Of a stretch of DNA of 64,000 bases, positions 9,525 through 19,249 are shown piece by piece. A program made the position numbers and the translations under genes. Each line of letters opens with the position of its first letter. The stretch's first letter is position 1. The notes beneath the pieces are model-generated. The model saw nothing but the letters and a program-made list of their open reading frames with translations. It did no database searches and had not been told where the DNA came from. The stretch covers positions 10,433 to 74,432 of the forward strand of contig JALNZF010000013.1 of assembly GCA_023229435.1 (NCBI GenBank), given 5' to 3'. The DNA comes from Nitrospirota bacterium. Lineage in GTDB: Bacteria; Nitrospirota; UBA9217.

Positions 9525-11232
9525 TGATCTCTCCTGTCAGTTCTTCCACGGTAAACGGCCTGCCGTCGTATTTGTTGATCAAGGTATTGAACTCATACCC
9601 TGTCTCGGTCTTCATCAGCCTCGCGAACTGGCTGGTCGCGTTCTGCTCGATACAGATCGTGAGCTTCGCCCGCTTCAGAAGCCCCAGGTAGTCGAATTGC
9701 CCTGTCTCCGGGAAGGGATAGATCTCGGAGAAGTGCAGCATGGCGATTCGGTGAGACTGAGACAGCGCGTCCACGGCCTCCCGCATAAGTCCGTAGAGAG
9801 AACCCCAGCCAATTATCACGACATCGGGTTTGTGATCGCCGTAGAGGAACGGCGGCGCCACCTCCTGCTGCATCTGCGGGAACTTCTTGAACAACCGCTT
9901 CTCAACCATCTTGATGCGCATGCCGGCATCCTCGACAAGGTGGCCGTCCTCATCGTGCTCGTCGCTGTCCGTGACCACAAGGTGTTTCGCATCTCCGGGA
10001 ACTGCCAGCGGGCTTATTCCGCTCTGCGTAAGCGCATGGCGCTTGTAGCCTTCCAGCCTCTGGAACACCTCTCCCCGGAGACGATAGTCCGTGTTCCGGA
10101 GCCGGGCAAGGTCGAATCCTTGATAGCTCCACTGGGAGTCGGAGAGATAGGTGTCGAAAAGGATGAATGCCGGGACCTGGTACTTCTCCGCCAGATCAAA
10201 TGCCTTGTTCACAGAGAAGAAGGCCTGTTCAGGCGAGCCCGGCGCGAAGATGAACCGGGGAAATTCGCCGTGGCCGGCATGCAGCACCATATGAAGCTCG
10301 CCCTGCTCGGTCCGTGTGGGGAGACCGGTTGCCGGGCCCGGCCGCTGGCCCAGCGCGATCACCACCGGCGTCTCGGTGATCGCGGCAAGGGAAACACCCT
10401 CCACCATGAGGGCGAAGCCGCCGCCGGAAGTTCCCGTCATGGAGCGAACGCCCGCGAAAGATGCGCCCAGGGCCATGTTGATGGCCGCGATCTCGTCCTC
10501 TGCCTGCTCCACCACGATGCCGTACTCTTTTTCCTTGCCGGCCAGATAGTTCATGATGCCCGTGGACGGCGTCATGGGATAGGCCGCATAAAACTTCACC
10601 CCCGACGCCATGGAGCCCAGGGCGATGGCCTCGCTCCCGCCCACGAGCATCAGAGCGCCGGCCTTGTCATCACTGGCAACAGAAAAATTGCACGTGAGGC
10701 ACCCCTTCACGGCGTGGTCATAACCGGCCATTGCGGCATTCTTATTCGCAGAAACGATCGGCTCGCCTTTTTTCTTGAAGGTCTCGACGATGAGGTCCAT
10801 CAGGATATCGAGGTCCATCCCGAGCATGCCGAGGACAGCGCCGGTGGCAACCGTGTTGGCCATGATCTTGTCGCCTCCGTGCTGCATGGCAAGCTTCTCA
10901 AAGGGGACATCGAGAAACGCCGGTTTATCGTGCGTTTCCTTGAGCGTTTCAGAATCGTAGATGATCCGGCCGCGGGAGGTAAGCTCACGCTCATGCAGCC
11001 GGATGCTCTCCTTGTCCAAGGCAACGATAATATCGATCGCCCCTTTCGGCGCAATGACCGGCCGTTCGGACAGCCTGATCTGGTAGAAGTTGTGGCCGCC
11101 GCGGATGCGCGACTCATAATCCTGGTTCGTGAAGACATGGTATCCGGAGCGCGCAAATACATGTCCCAACGTGTCACCGATCGTCTGGATCCCCTGTCCT
11201 GCTTCACCGCCGATCTTGATCGAATAGTCCAT
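9502..11232 (-). CDS. korA: 2-oxoacid:ferredoxin oxidoreductase alpha subunit (gamma-alpha fusion)
   Basis: GGEAGQG, YESRIRGGHN, YPMTPST, TSGGGFALMVE, QRPGPATGLPT. Confidence 0.9.
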   Translation of the reverse strand: MDYSIKIGGEAGQGIQTIGDTLGHVFARSGYHVFTNQDYESRIRGGHNFYQIRLSERPVIAPKGAIDIIVALDKESIRLHERELTSRGRIIYDSETLKETHDKPAFLDVPFEKLAMQHGGDKIMANTVATGAVLGMLGMDLDILMDLIVETFKKKGEPIVSANKNAAMAGYDHAVKGCLTCNFSVASDDKAGALMLVGGSEAIALGSMASGVKFYAAYPMTPSTGIMNYLAGKEKEYGIVVEQAEDEIAAINMALGASFAGVRSMTGTSGGGFALMVEGVSLAAITETPVVIALGQRPGPATGLPTRTEQGELHMVLHAGHGEFPRFIFAPGSPEQAFFSVNKAFDLAEKYQVPAFILFDTYLSDSQWSYQGFDLARLRNTDYRLRGEVFQRLEGYKRHALTQSGISPLAVPGDAKHLVVTDSDEHDEDGHLVEDAGMRIKMVEKRLFKKFPQMQQEVAPPFLYGDHKPDVVIIGWGSLYGLMREAVDALSQSHRIAMLHFSEIYPFPETGQFDYLGLLKRAKLTICIEQNATSQFARLMKTETGYEFNTLINKYDGRPFTVEELTGEINDHLRNV

Positions 11233-11349
11233 AGTTCCCTCTTTCTAAGACAGGATCGATGCGTAGTTACAAAAGCAACAAATTCTACTCATACATGGGA
11301 AGAAAGATCGCAATCCTTTTGATAGGGCATAAAGATTACGAGATGGAAC

Positions 11350-11536
11350 GTAACTACTCATGTCGGTTGCGGAGCGTAGCCTCAATAAGAGCGCGACTGC
11401 CGGATCCGGTGGCGAACCTCAAAAAATCCAGGCAATGCGGGCAAAGCGGAAGCGCCGCGAATGCTGTTCGTGCCGGGGGAATCGATGTCCCCTGCGCTCC
11501 TTGCGCCGAAGCGAAGTAACTGACCTGCGTAATTAC
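11350..11536. mobile_element. MITE with 8-bp target-site duplication
   Basis: Ends GTAACTACTCA / TGCGTAATTAC flanked by the direct repeat GATGGAAC (11342-11349, 11537-11544). Confidence 0.7.
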
Positions 11537-11635
11537 GATGGAACTAAAAATTAAATCCTAATGTTATCCGATGTTATCCCGATGATCCTGTCAATGGATT
11601 GTCTGCTCTGACGTGAGCAAATAAGGACACGCCTT

Positions 11636-11965
11636 TTACCCGATGTCCTCTATCGTGATCACGCCGGATCCCAGAAGTCGCTCCAGAAGGACAAAGCCGC
11701 CACAAGGCCGTGCTGTCCGGTCCTGCATAAAATCGCAGTCCTGTTTGTAAAAATCGCAGACAATACACAGGGTTTTCACTATCCTGTCTGCCAGAACCGG
11801 GCTTGATTCTCCGTTGTTGCTTTCGAGGACAAGGCCTTTCCCTTCTCGCAATAATCGTTCCACGACCCTATAGCCTTTGCATGCAAGCTCTTCGTTCTTT
11901 CCGGGTTCATAGTAGGAACAGAATTTTAAACAAAGTGTTTGTTCCAGCGGCACGTTGTCCGTCAT
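11636..11965 (-). CDS. Small Cys-rich hypothetical protein, divergent from the rSAM gene
   Basis: CLKFCSYY...LACKG...LCIVCDF..QDCDF...PCGG (7 Cys). Confidence 0.7.
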   Translation of the reverse strand: MTDNVPLEQTLCLKFCSYYEPGKNEELACKGYRVVERLLREGKGLVLESNNGESSPVLADRIVKTLCIVCDFYKQDCDFMQDRTARPCGGFVLLERLLGSGVITIEDIG

Positions 11966-12011
11966 GGGGTCCATTATAACAAAAATACTGACGGGGTGCT
12001 ATAATAACGCT

Positions 12012-13142
12012 ATGAGTTACTACCTGGCGAGACGGGCCGTCCTGAAATGGCTTGAGATCCCGTCCGTCTATCAGATCGCAAAGGATGAATTATACGAACT
12101 TGACAGCGCTTCGTTCCATTTTCTGAAGACGTGCGCCTCTGACGACGGTTGCGTCTCAAAGAACAGCGCGTTTCTGGATTACTGCCTGGAGGAGGGACTG
12201 CTGACGACGACACCAGGCGTGGTCCAACGGGCCGCTCTTAAACAGGCGCCTGAACCTTCCCTGCGCTACCTGGAGCTCCAGATCACCGATGCCTGCAACC
12301 TCAAATGCAAACATTGCTATATCGACAATGCCGATCGCAACGAATTGTCAGGGGACCAGGTGGTAAAGGTTCTGCGCGAATTCGAGGAGATGCAGGGTTT
12401 GCGCGTGATGATAACCGGCGGCGAACCGCTGGTCCACAGCAAGTTCCACGAGATCAACGAGATGCTCCCTGATTTTTTTATTAGAAAGGTCCTGTTCACG
12501 AATGGCGTGCTCCTTAAAAAGGAAACCCTGAAAACACTCAAGGTCGACGAGATCCAGGTGAGCATAGATGGACTGGAACCGGCACACGAGAGGCTCCGGG
12601 GAAGCGGGACATTCAAACGCTCCCTGGAAGCAATGGAAAATGCGCTTGACGCGGGCTTCGACGTATCCGTGTCCACCATGGTACACCAGTATAATACTGA
12701 GGACTTCGACCGCATGGAAAAGCTTTTCAGAGAGATGCAGATCAAGGATTGGACCGTGGACATCCCGTGCCTGACCGGAAGGCTGAAGGAAAATGATGAT
12801 TTTTATGTCAGCCCCGAACAAGGCGGAAAATATCTCGGCTATGGATACGGCAATGGACTTCATTCGTCCACACAAGGATATGGCTGCGGCCTCCATCTCA
12901 TGGCGGTGATGGCAAATGGGAACATCGCGAAATGCACATTTTACGGGGGCCAACCCATCGGCACGGTAGACCATGGTCTGAAAGCAGCGTGGCGGAACAT
13001 GCAGCCGGTCAGGCTGAAGAACCTTGAGTGTTGCTGCGAGTACCTTGAAGTATGCCGGGGAGGGTGCAGATACCGGGCGGAACTTATCGAGGGAACCGGT
13101 GGAAAGGACCCGTACCGGTGCATGCTTTATGGTATACTATAG
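12012..13142 (+). CDS. Radical SAM/SPASM domain protein with putative N-terminal RRE (peptide maturase candidate)
   Basis: CNLKCKHC, ITGGEPL, SIDG; SPASM-like C-terminus GCG...KC...CCCEYLEVCRGGCRYRA...DPYRC. Confidence 0.9.
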   Translation: MSYYLARRAVLKWLEIPSVYQIAKDELYELDSASFHFLKTCASDDGCVSKNSAFLDYCLEEGLLTTTPGVVQRAALKQAPEPSLRYLELQITDACNLKCKHCYIDNADRNELSGDQVVKVLREFEEMQGLRVMITGGEPLVHSKFHEINEMLPDFFIRKVLFTNGVLLKKETLKTLKVDEIQVSIDGLEPAHERLRGSGTFKRSLEAMENALDAGFDVSVSTMVHQYNTEDFDRMEKLFREMQIKDWTVDIPCLTGRLKENDDFYVSPEQGGKYLGYGYGNGLHSSTQGYGCGLHLMAVMANGNIAKCTFYGGQPIGTVDHGLKAAWRNMQPVRLKNLECCCEYLEVCRGGCRYRAELIEGTGGKDPYRCMLYGIL

Positions 13143-13236
13143 GCTAAACAGGTTCGAAATTCGGTTGTAATGCTCCAAAAAAATACACCGTGCTTTTCCG
13201 GATCAGAAACGTTCACAAAAGAAAGGAGGAATTTCC

Positions 13237-13299
13237 ATGACCATTAAGAAAGTGACAAAAAAAATGTCGGTCACCTGCAAGTGCAAAAGCTCTTGCTAA
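13237..13299 (+). CDS. 20-aa Cys-rich peptide MTIKKVTKKMSVTCKCKSSC, putative rSAM-modified precursor (not in the ORF track)
   Basis: AAAGGAGG RBS 7 nt upstream; CxCxxxC tail; terminator follows. Confidence 0.75.
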   Translation: MTIKKVTKKMSVTCKCKSSC

Positions 13300-13330
13300 C
13301 TTCGGCAAACGATAAACGATCTGAAAAAGT

Positions 13331-13363
13331 ATAAGCCCGGCAAGAAATGCCGGGCTTATTTTT
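13331..13363 (+). terminator. Intrinsic (likely bidirectional) terminator after the peptide gene
   Basis: ATAAGCCCGGCA-AGAAA-TGCCGGGCTTAT plus T-tract. Confidence 0.85.
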
Positions 13364-13448
13364 GGGTTGAAACAGGAACGACGATATCAGCATCCATCAA
13401 AGGGACAAGATGAAACGTGGTATCGGTCCAAGATCTTCTGCTTGTCCT

Positions 13449-14177
13449 CTACTTTTGAGCTTTCCCGGATGCATCGGCTTTTACGATGGAGACCAACTCA
13501 ACATCAAAAATCAATACCGAATTCGGGCCGATCGTTCCCATGCGTTTGTCCTGAAATCCGATGTTCGATGGAATAAAGAGCTGGAACTTCGCGCCCTCCC
13601 TCATGAGCATGATCCCCTCGGTCCAGCCGGCAATTAAGCTCTTATCGCTTACCGGCATGGTCATCGGATGCTCTGGGTGACTGTCCGAGTTGTCAAAAAC
13701 CGTCCCGTCAACAAGGCTGCCCCGGTAATTTACGAGCACCTTATCCGTGGCCTTTGGCTTCTTTCCCGTTCCCTCGGCGATCACTTTGTACTGCAATCCG
13801 CTCGGCAGGACCTTTATTCCTGCTTTTTTTGCATTTTCAGCGAGAAAGGCCGCCCCTTCCTTCTTATTCTTTTCACCGATAAGCCTATTCTCTTCCTCCT
13901 GCTTTTTGGCGCGCGTTCTCTGGAAATTCTCCTCGATCGCGACCATTTCCTTGGTAGTCATGAGGGTCTCCGCTCCTGACAATGCATCCTGGATACCCCG
14001 GATGAGAACTTTCTGGTCAATATCGACCGACTGCCTCTTCAGGCTGTTTCCCATATAAACGCCTTTGGTATAACTCAGTTTGTCCTTTTCTGTTTTGAGC
14101 TGAATTTTTTCCGCCGCGTTTGCCTGACTCGCCATAAACATTGCACAGAGTGCAACTACTCCTAATCGCAACTTCAT
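13449..14177 (-). CDS. FKBP-type peptidyl-prolyl isomerase (Mip/FkpA-like)
   Basis: Signal peptide, FKBP_N, LPSGLQYKV, VNYRGSLVDGTVFD, IGPNSVLIFDVEL. Confidence 0.92.
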   Translation of the reverse strand: MKLRLGVVALCAMFMASQANAAEKIQLKTEKDKLSYTKGVYMGNSLKRQSVDIDQKVLIRGIQDALSGAETLMTTKEMVAIEENFQRTRAKKQEEENRLIGEKNKKEGAAFLAENAKKAGIKVLPSGLQYKVIAEGTGKKPKATDKVLVNYRGSLVDGTVFDNSDSHPEHPMTMPVSDKSLIAGWTEGIMLMREGAKFQLFIPSNIGFQDKRMGTIGPNSVLIFDVELVSIVKADASGKAQK

Positions 14178-14611
14178 ATCGGTCCCCTTCCTCTCTCTTC
14201 TGTTCGTTGTTGGTTCTCGCCCGAAAGCGATCTGACCCAAAGCTCCCGGAACGTTCAATCGAACTTATCGCAGCATTCGGAGATTTTATTGAACTCCTCT
14301 CCTCTTGTCAAGCAAAAATCAACAGGACATCCCACAAAATATTAATTGCATTCCCTTGCGTTTTAGAAGGGTTTATAGTACCTTGAAAACGTAAGGAAGG
14401 GAGAGCAACAAAAAGGGTAATGAGGTGAAGTATTCGGAAGGATGACGCCTTTCGCAGGTGGCGCGACGCAAATTTTTCTTCCCTCTGTTATTTAAGGGCG
14501 GGCGGGATATTAAATCCCTATTGTCGGCATGGTTATTTCATGCTATAGTAACGACTGACTGGTGCGGTTGACATACTTCCCAGTCGTTTTATTACCTCCC
14601 ACAGGAACCTC

Positions 14612-15412
14612 ATGGAACAGGCGATATCGAAATATTGCGGTTATTTCTGGGCCGGCCATTTTCTGTATCTTGGCCGTTGCCCTGCAAACACCGTGCACAT
14701 GCACTATGCCCTGCAGGTCATCGTAAATCGGGAGGGGCTCTTTCAGTTGCGCAGAGATAAAACCTCCATCGAATGCGGAGGGGTCGTCGTCGGGTCAGGA
14801 TGTCCCCACCAGTTGGTCAGTCCCAGCAATGCACACTCCTGGATACATCTGCTGATCGACCATGAATCCGATGTCGCCAAGGCAATCGCAAAACGGCATC
14901 TGGGGGAAAGGGATTTCAAGGTACTTGATGACGATCTTCTCAAACGGCTGCGAGGGTGCATCGATGTCCCCGGAAATTTTCTCGGATCGTGCCGAGATGC
15001 CGGCGAGGTATACAAAAAACTCGTTACCGAGCTCGGCGGCTATCCTGAACAGGCCGCGGTAGCGGTTGATCCGCGGATCAAGGCAGCCATTGACCTGTTG
15101 AAGGGGGAATATCTCTCACGAAAAGTGGTCGTCACCGACCTTGCCCGGCATGCCTGTCTCTCCGAAAGCCGTTTGAGGCATCTGTTCACCGAGCAGATCG
15201 GCATTCCGCTCCGGCGTTATGTCCTCTGGCTCCGGTTGATGACCGCTGTCCAATTCGCCGTTCAAGGCGAGTCCCTCACGCAAGCCGCGCACAATGCCGG
15301 TTTTTCCGACTCAGCGCACCTGTGCCGCACGTTCAGAAGGATGTACGGCGTCACCCTTTCCGGCCTGATTAAAAATAGCCGCTTCGTTCAAGTAATTTCC
15401 TGCTTTTCCTGA
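14612..15412 (+). CDS. AraC-family transcriptional regulator
   Basis: HMHYALQ cupin; LSESRLRHLFTEQIG...AGFSDSAHLCRTFRRMYG. Confidence 0.93.
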   Translation: MEQAISKYCGYFWAGHFLYLGRCPANTVHMHYALQVIVNREGLFQLRRDKTSIECGGVVVGSGCPHQLVSPSNAHSWIHLLIDHESDVAKAIAKRHLGERDFKVLDDDLLKRLRGCIDVPGNFLGSCRDAGEVYKKLVTELGGYPEQAAVAVDPRIKAAIDLLKGEYLSRKVVVTDLARHACLSESRLRHLFTEQIGIPLRRYVLWLRLMTAVQFAVQGESLTQAAHNAGFSDSAHLCRTFRRMYGVTLSGLIKNSRFVQVISCFS

Positions 15413-15602
15413 TACCATTCCTACAAATGCAGTGATGGGAAATCTGGTCACCGCCTCGGGCATGAGGCAGTGAGTTCTCCTTTTTCAGCTTGAGCTTGTC
15501 CTCCTGTGTTCGTGTCTCGACAACACTGCTTAACCTCTCTGTGCAGAGGGGGGCAAGCTCGTACTTTTTTTCAACGTATAGAGATAACGGGAAGGAGGCA
15601 AA

Positions 15603-15962
15603 ATGAAAAACGGATTTTTCATAGCGATTGCCTGCATGGCCGTGTTGATCGGTGCCTGCAGCCCCAGCACGGATTTCCTGGTGTTAAAACACGGGAGGGG
15701 CTATTACGTGGGGAGTAACTCGAATGCCAGATATGAAATGTTGTGTACGTCTGGCGAAATGGATAAAGTACTTGCTTCCTCAAAACTGAGCATGGAACTA
15801 AAAAACTCCCTCTATAAATACAGCTGTTCCGAGGAACGATCCGGGGAAAAGGTTAAACAGCTCTACGCAGCCATGACGGTTGAACAGAGAAAAGACATTA
15901 AAAATGCCTTTAGAATTAACGGCTTTGACATAAACCAGGGTCCCGGATGTTGCGCAGATTAA
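15603..15962 (+). CDS. Uncharacterised lipoprotein, paralog A (C-terminal ...GPGCCAD)
   Basis: Lipobox LIGAC; clear similarity to the gene starting at 16525. Confidence 0.8.
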   Translation: MKNGFFIAIACMAVLIGACSPSTDFLVLKHGRGYYVGSNSNARYEMLCTSGEMDKVLASSKLSMELKNSLYKYSCSEERSGEKVKQLYAAMTVEQRKDIKNAFRINGFDINQGPGCCAD

Positions 15963-16003
15963 TGAGAACCGCGGCCAACAACACCCCGATGAGGAGTTGC
16001 GTC

Positions 16004-16528
16004 ATGCGTCATATTCTATCCCTGTTCATTTTCTTTTCCATTATTTCCGCCAGGCAAGCAGCCTGTCTTGATACTGCCACCGAGAACGGGAAGCCTGCTC
16101 CATCATTCGCACTCGAAAATATCAACGGGGAAAAGGCCGCCCTCGCGGACTATAAGGGAATGGTCGTCCTCCTTAATTTTTGGGCGACCTATTGTGGACC
16201 CTGCAAAAAGGAAATGCCCTCTCTTCACAATCTTTTCCTCGCGTTTAAAAAGGACGGTCTCATCGTATTAGCCGTATCCAGGGACGAAGACAAAAAAAAT
16301 GTTCAATCATTCATCAAAAAACAGGCGATCACGTTTCCCGTGCTTATGGACAAAGATCAGGAGGTTTCCTTCGACCACTATGCTGTTCACAACCTTCCAA
16401 CAAGCTTTCTCATCGACCGGGACGGTATCATCAGAGAAACGATCATCGGCGAACGGGAATGGGATGCTCCGGATATGAAAAAGAAAATAGGATCATTACT
16501 GTCGAGCAAGAAAGGAGAGATGCAATGA
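16004..16528 (+). CDS. TlpA/ResA-family exported thiol-disulfide reductase
   Basis: LLNFWATYCGPCKKEMP, LPTSFLID, signal peptide. Confidence 0.9.
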   Translation: MRHILSLFIFFSIISARQAACLDTATENGKPAPSFALENINGEKAALADYKGMVVLLNFWATYCGPCKKEMPSLHNLFLAFKKDGLIVLAVSRDEDKKNVQSFIKKQAITFPVLMDKDQEVSFDHYAVHNLPTSFLIDRDGIIRETIIGEREWDAPDMKKKIGSLLSSKKGEMQ

Positions 16529-16911
16529 AAACCTGGCTCTTGATAGGTATTGCCGGAATGGTCCTGCTTACCAGCGCCTGCACCCCCATGATCATGGTTG
16601 GCAAAGGAGAGCGGAGGGGCGCTTTCCTGGGGAGCAGCTCGAAGACCATGTATGAGATGTTGTGTGCGTCGGGTGACCTGAAGAAAGTGCTTACCGCAAC
16701 ACACCTGAGCACGGAAATGAAAGACTCATTCTATCAGTACAACTGTTCAGCCGAACGTTCCGGTGACAAGCTTAAGCAACTGTACGCTTCCATGACGCCT
16801 GAACAGAGGAAAGACATCAGAACTGCCTTCAAAGCGAATGGCTATTCGATAAACGGCGGAACCTGTTGAGGACCGATTGAAACAACATCCGGTCGGATGA
16901 AAGCTCTCTGA
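16525..16911 (+). CDS. Uncharacterised lipoprotein, paralog B; probable selenoprotein (C-U at UGA 16867-16869; ends at 16869 if not recoded)
   Basis: Lipobox LTSAC; UGA aligns with the second Cys of the paralog's CC; SECIS-like hairpin; read-through ends at tandem TGA TAA. Confidence 0.7.
16886..16899 (+). promoter_or_regulatory. Putative bacterial SECIS element
   Basis: CATCC-GGTC-GGATG hairpin; GGUC loop begins after a 21-nt spacer from the UGA. Confidence 0.6.
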
Positions 16912-16969
16912 TAAAACAAGGTTCTTCAACAAAGATACCGATGATCAACATCGGCAGGCGATTTTCTTT

Positions 16970-17179
16970 ATGAATGAAACCATCAAAGTCATTCACATGA
17001 AAAAGAAATTTCCGCATGGCTGGTACGCAGCATGCGGACGGGATATCACATCGAATACCGCTGTCGTTTCTTCCTGGTCCGAGGTGACCTGTAAAAACTG
17101 CAAATTAAAACAATTGAGCGATACTGATTGTGGAAAATATTCCACTTTGTCCGCGAGGGTCAGGTCAGAGTGTTTATAG
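16970..17179 (+). CDS. Small hypothetical protein, possible Zn finger
   Basis: H...ACG...VTCKNC pattern; weak RBS. Confidence 0.35.
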   Translation: MNETIKVIHMKKKFPHGWYAACGRDITSNTAVVSSWSEVTCKNCKLKQLSDTDCGKYSTLSARVRSECL

Positions 17180-17230
17180 CGCTATTCGTTCTTACCGTAA
17201 GCAATAACCCTGTTTCTTTTCTTGGCCCTC

Positions 17231-18325
17231 TTACACGTTAAACCGGAAAAGCATGATGTCCCCATCCTTGACCACGTAATCCTTTCCTTCGGAACGGAGC
17301 AGACCCGCCTCTTTCACGGCCTTCTCCGTGCCAAGCCTCATCAGATCATCGAAGTGGAATACCTCCGCGCGAATGAATCCTTTTTCAAAATCCGAGTGGA
17401 TCTTGCCCGCGGCCTGTGGTGCCTTGGTGCCCTTGGTAATGGTCCAGGCCCGCACTTCTTTCTCGCCGGCGGTAAGGTAGGTGATAAGTCCAAGGAGCTC
17501 GTAGCCCGCGCGAATCATGCGATCGAGGCCTGACTCCTTGAGACCCATACCCGAAAGGTATTCCATTCGCTCTTCCGTGGGAAGCTGGGCAATCTCTCCC
17601 TCCACCTGGCCCGAGATGACGACGACCCGGGCGTTTTCCTCGGCAGCGATCATCCTGACCGCGTCAACGAACGGGTTCGGTTTGTCCACCATGTCCTCTG
17701 CCACGTTGGCCACATAGAGCACCGGCTTGGCGGATAACAGGGCATAGCTCTTGAGCCACAAGGTCTCTTCCTCGGAATGGGTCGCGCGGCGGATCGGCTC
17801 CCCCCTGGCGAGCATGTCCTTGAGCCGCCGCATGAACTCCACCTCTTCCAGTCCCTTTTTGTCCGCGGTCCTGGCCGTCTTCTCGGCCTTGTACAGCCGT
17901 TTCTCTATCGCGTCGAGATCCGCAAGCATGAGTTCCGCTTCGATCACCTCGATGTCCTCCCGGGGGTCCACCTTCCCGGCCACGTGAATGACATTTGGGT
18001 CTTCGAAACAACGCACCACGTGCGCGATCGCGTCCACCTCGCGGATGTTGGCGAGAAACTTGTTTCCCAGCCCTTCACCCTGCGCCGCGCCCTTCACGAG
18101 ACCTGCAATGTCCACGAACTCCATGCTCGTGGGCGTTCTTTTTTTCGGCTTGTAGATCTCGACAAGCCTGTCGATCCGCTCATCGGGCATGTCCACCACG
18201 CCAACGTTGGGATCGATGGTCGTGAAGGGATAGTTCGAGGCCTGAGCGCCCGCGGAAGTGAGCGCATTGAAAATGGTGGACTTTCCTACGTTCGGAAGGC
18301 CAACGATACCGCAGTTGAAACCCAT
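17231..18325 (-). CDS. ychF: Redox-regulated ATPase YchF
   Basis: [45 protein letters not shown]. Confidence 0.97.
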   Translation of the reverse strand: MGFNCGIVGLPNVGKSTIFNALTSAGAQASNYPFTTIDPNVGVVDMPDERIDRLVEIYKPKKRTPTSMEFVDIAGLVKGAAQGEGLGNKFLANIREVDAIAHVVRCFEDPNVIHVAGKVDPREDIEVIEAELMLADLDAIEKRLYKAEKTARTADKKGLEEVEFMRRLKDMLARGEPIRRATHSEEETLWLKSYALLSAKPVLYVANVAEDMVDKPNPFVDAVRMIAAEENARVVVISGQVEGEIAQLPTEERMEYLSGMGLKESGLDRMIRAGYELLGLITYLTAGEKEVRAWTITKGTKAPQAAGKIHSDFEKGFIRAEVFHFDDLMRLGTEKAVKEAGLLRSEGKDYVVKDGDIMLFRFNV

Positions 18326-18538
18326 GACAAGCTCCTTTTCGGGACGATCCAAATTCCAGTCATTCATCTCAAAATCACGATCTACCGCTGAAGCGCGGAG
18401 ACACGGAGAAATGCATATTGAAAATAATTGGACTTTCTCTGCGCCTCGGCGGCCCTGCGGTAAACCTGAGTTGTTGTCTCAAAACAATAAAAACCCGGAG
18501 CTGTCGGAATAGTCCTTCAGGTCCGGGCTTCTGAATGC

Positions 18539-19102
18539 TTACTTTTGATTAACGACATCCATGGCCCGTGTGGGGCCTTCCACGACAATACGTCTGACCG
18601 CTTCCGCGGCCTTTGCAATGGCCTCTGAAACTGCCGGACGTTCTTCGGCAAGAAATGGGCTGAGCACATAATCCGCCGAATCCATATTCAGCGTTGGCCT
18701 GTTTATCCCGATGCGGACCCGGATAAACTCCGGTGACCCCAGGTACTCGATAATGGAGCGAAGCCCGTTGTGGCCTCCGTGGCCACCGCCGATCTTCACG
18801 CGCACGGACCCAAGCGGAAGATCCAGATCATCATGGAGTACGATCAGGTCGGAAGCAGTTCTGTAAGAGTCCCTCAGGATCGCCGCCACCGATTGGCCGC
18901 TGTCGTTCATATACGTCTGCGGCTTGACCAGGACCAGCTCCTCGGAATCGAGCCTGGCCTTGCCGATCAGGGCGTGGTGTTTTTCCTGAGTACACGCTCC
19001 CTGCAGGATACTGGCAAGCTCGTCAACCGCCATGAAGCCTGCGTTGTGACGCGTGCGTTCATACGTTCTGCCCGGGTTGCCAAGCCCAACAATGATCTTC
19101 AT
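18539..19102 (-). CDS. pth: Peptidyl-tRNA hydrolase
   Basis: IVGLGNPG, TRHNAGF, KPQTYMN, HDDLD, GGHNGLRSI. Confidence 0.97.
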   Translation of the reverse strand: MKIIVGLGNPGRTYERTRHNAGFMAVDELASILQGACTQEKHHALIGKARLDSEELVLVKPQTYMNDSGQSVAAILRDSYRTASDLIVLHDDLDLPLGSVRVKIGGGHGGHNGLRSIIEYLGSPEFIRVRIGINRPTLNMDSADYVLSPFLAEERPAVSEAIAKAAEAVRRIVVEGPTRAMDVVNQK

Positions 19103-19113
19103 GGGAAACAAGC

Positions 19114-19236
19114 CCCAAATTTCAAATCACAAATTCCCAATAAGCACCAAACTCCAAATCCAAAATTCCAAACTGTTTGGAATTGTAATAGTATCTTTTT
19201 GGAATTTATGTGGTGCTTGTTATTTGGTGCTTGTAG
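19114..19236. repeat. Low-complexity ~7-nt-periodic inverted repeat element
   Basis: CCAAAT/TCAAAT units mirrored by TTTGGAATT/TTTGGTGCTT units. Confidence 0.6.
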
Positions 19237-19249
19237 CTTATATCCGCCG

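Noticed and set aside
9385..11322. Long + strand ORF (645 aa) and similar antisense ORFs (e.g. 18770-19993, 32176-33291, 53963-55294)
   Set aside because: Shadow frames of well-supported GC-rich genes on the opposite strand; no recognisable motifs
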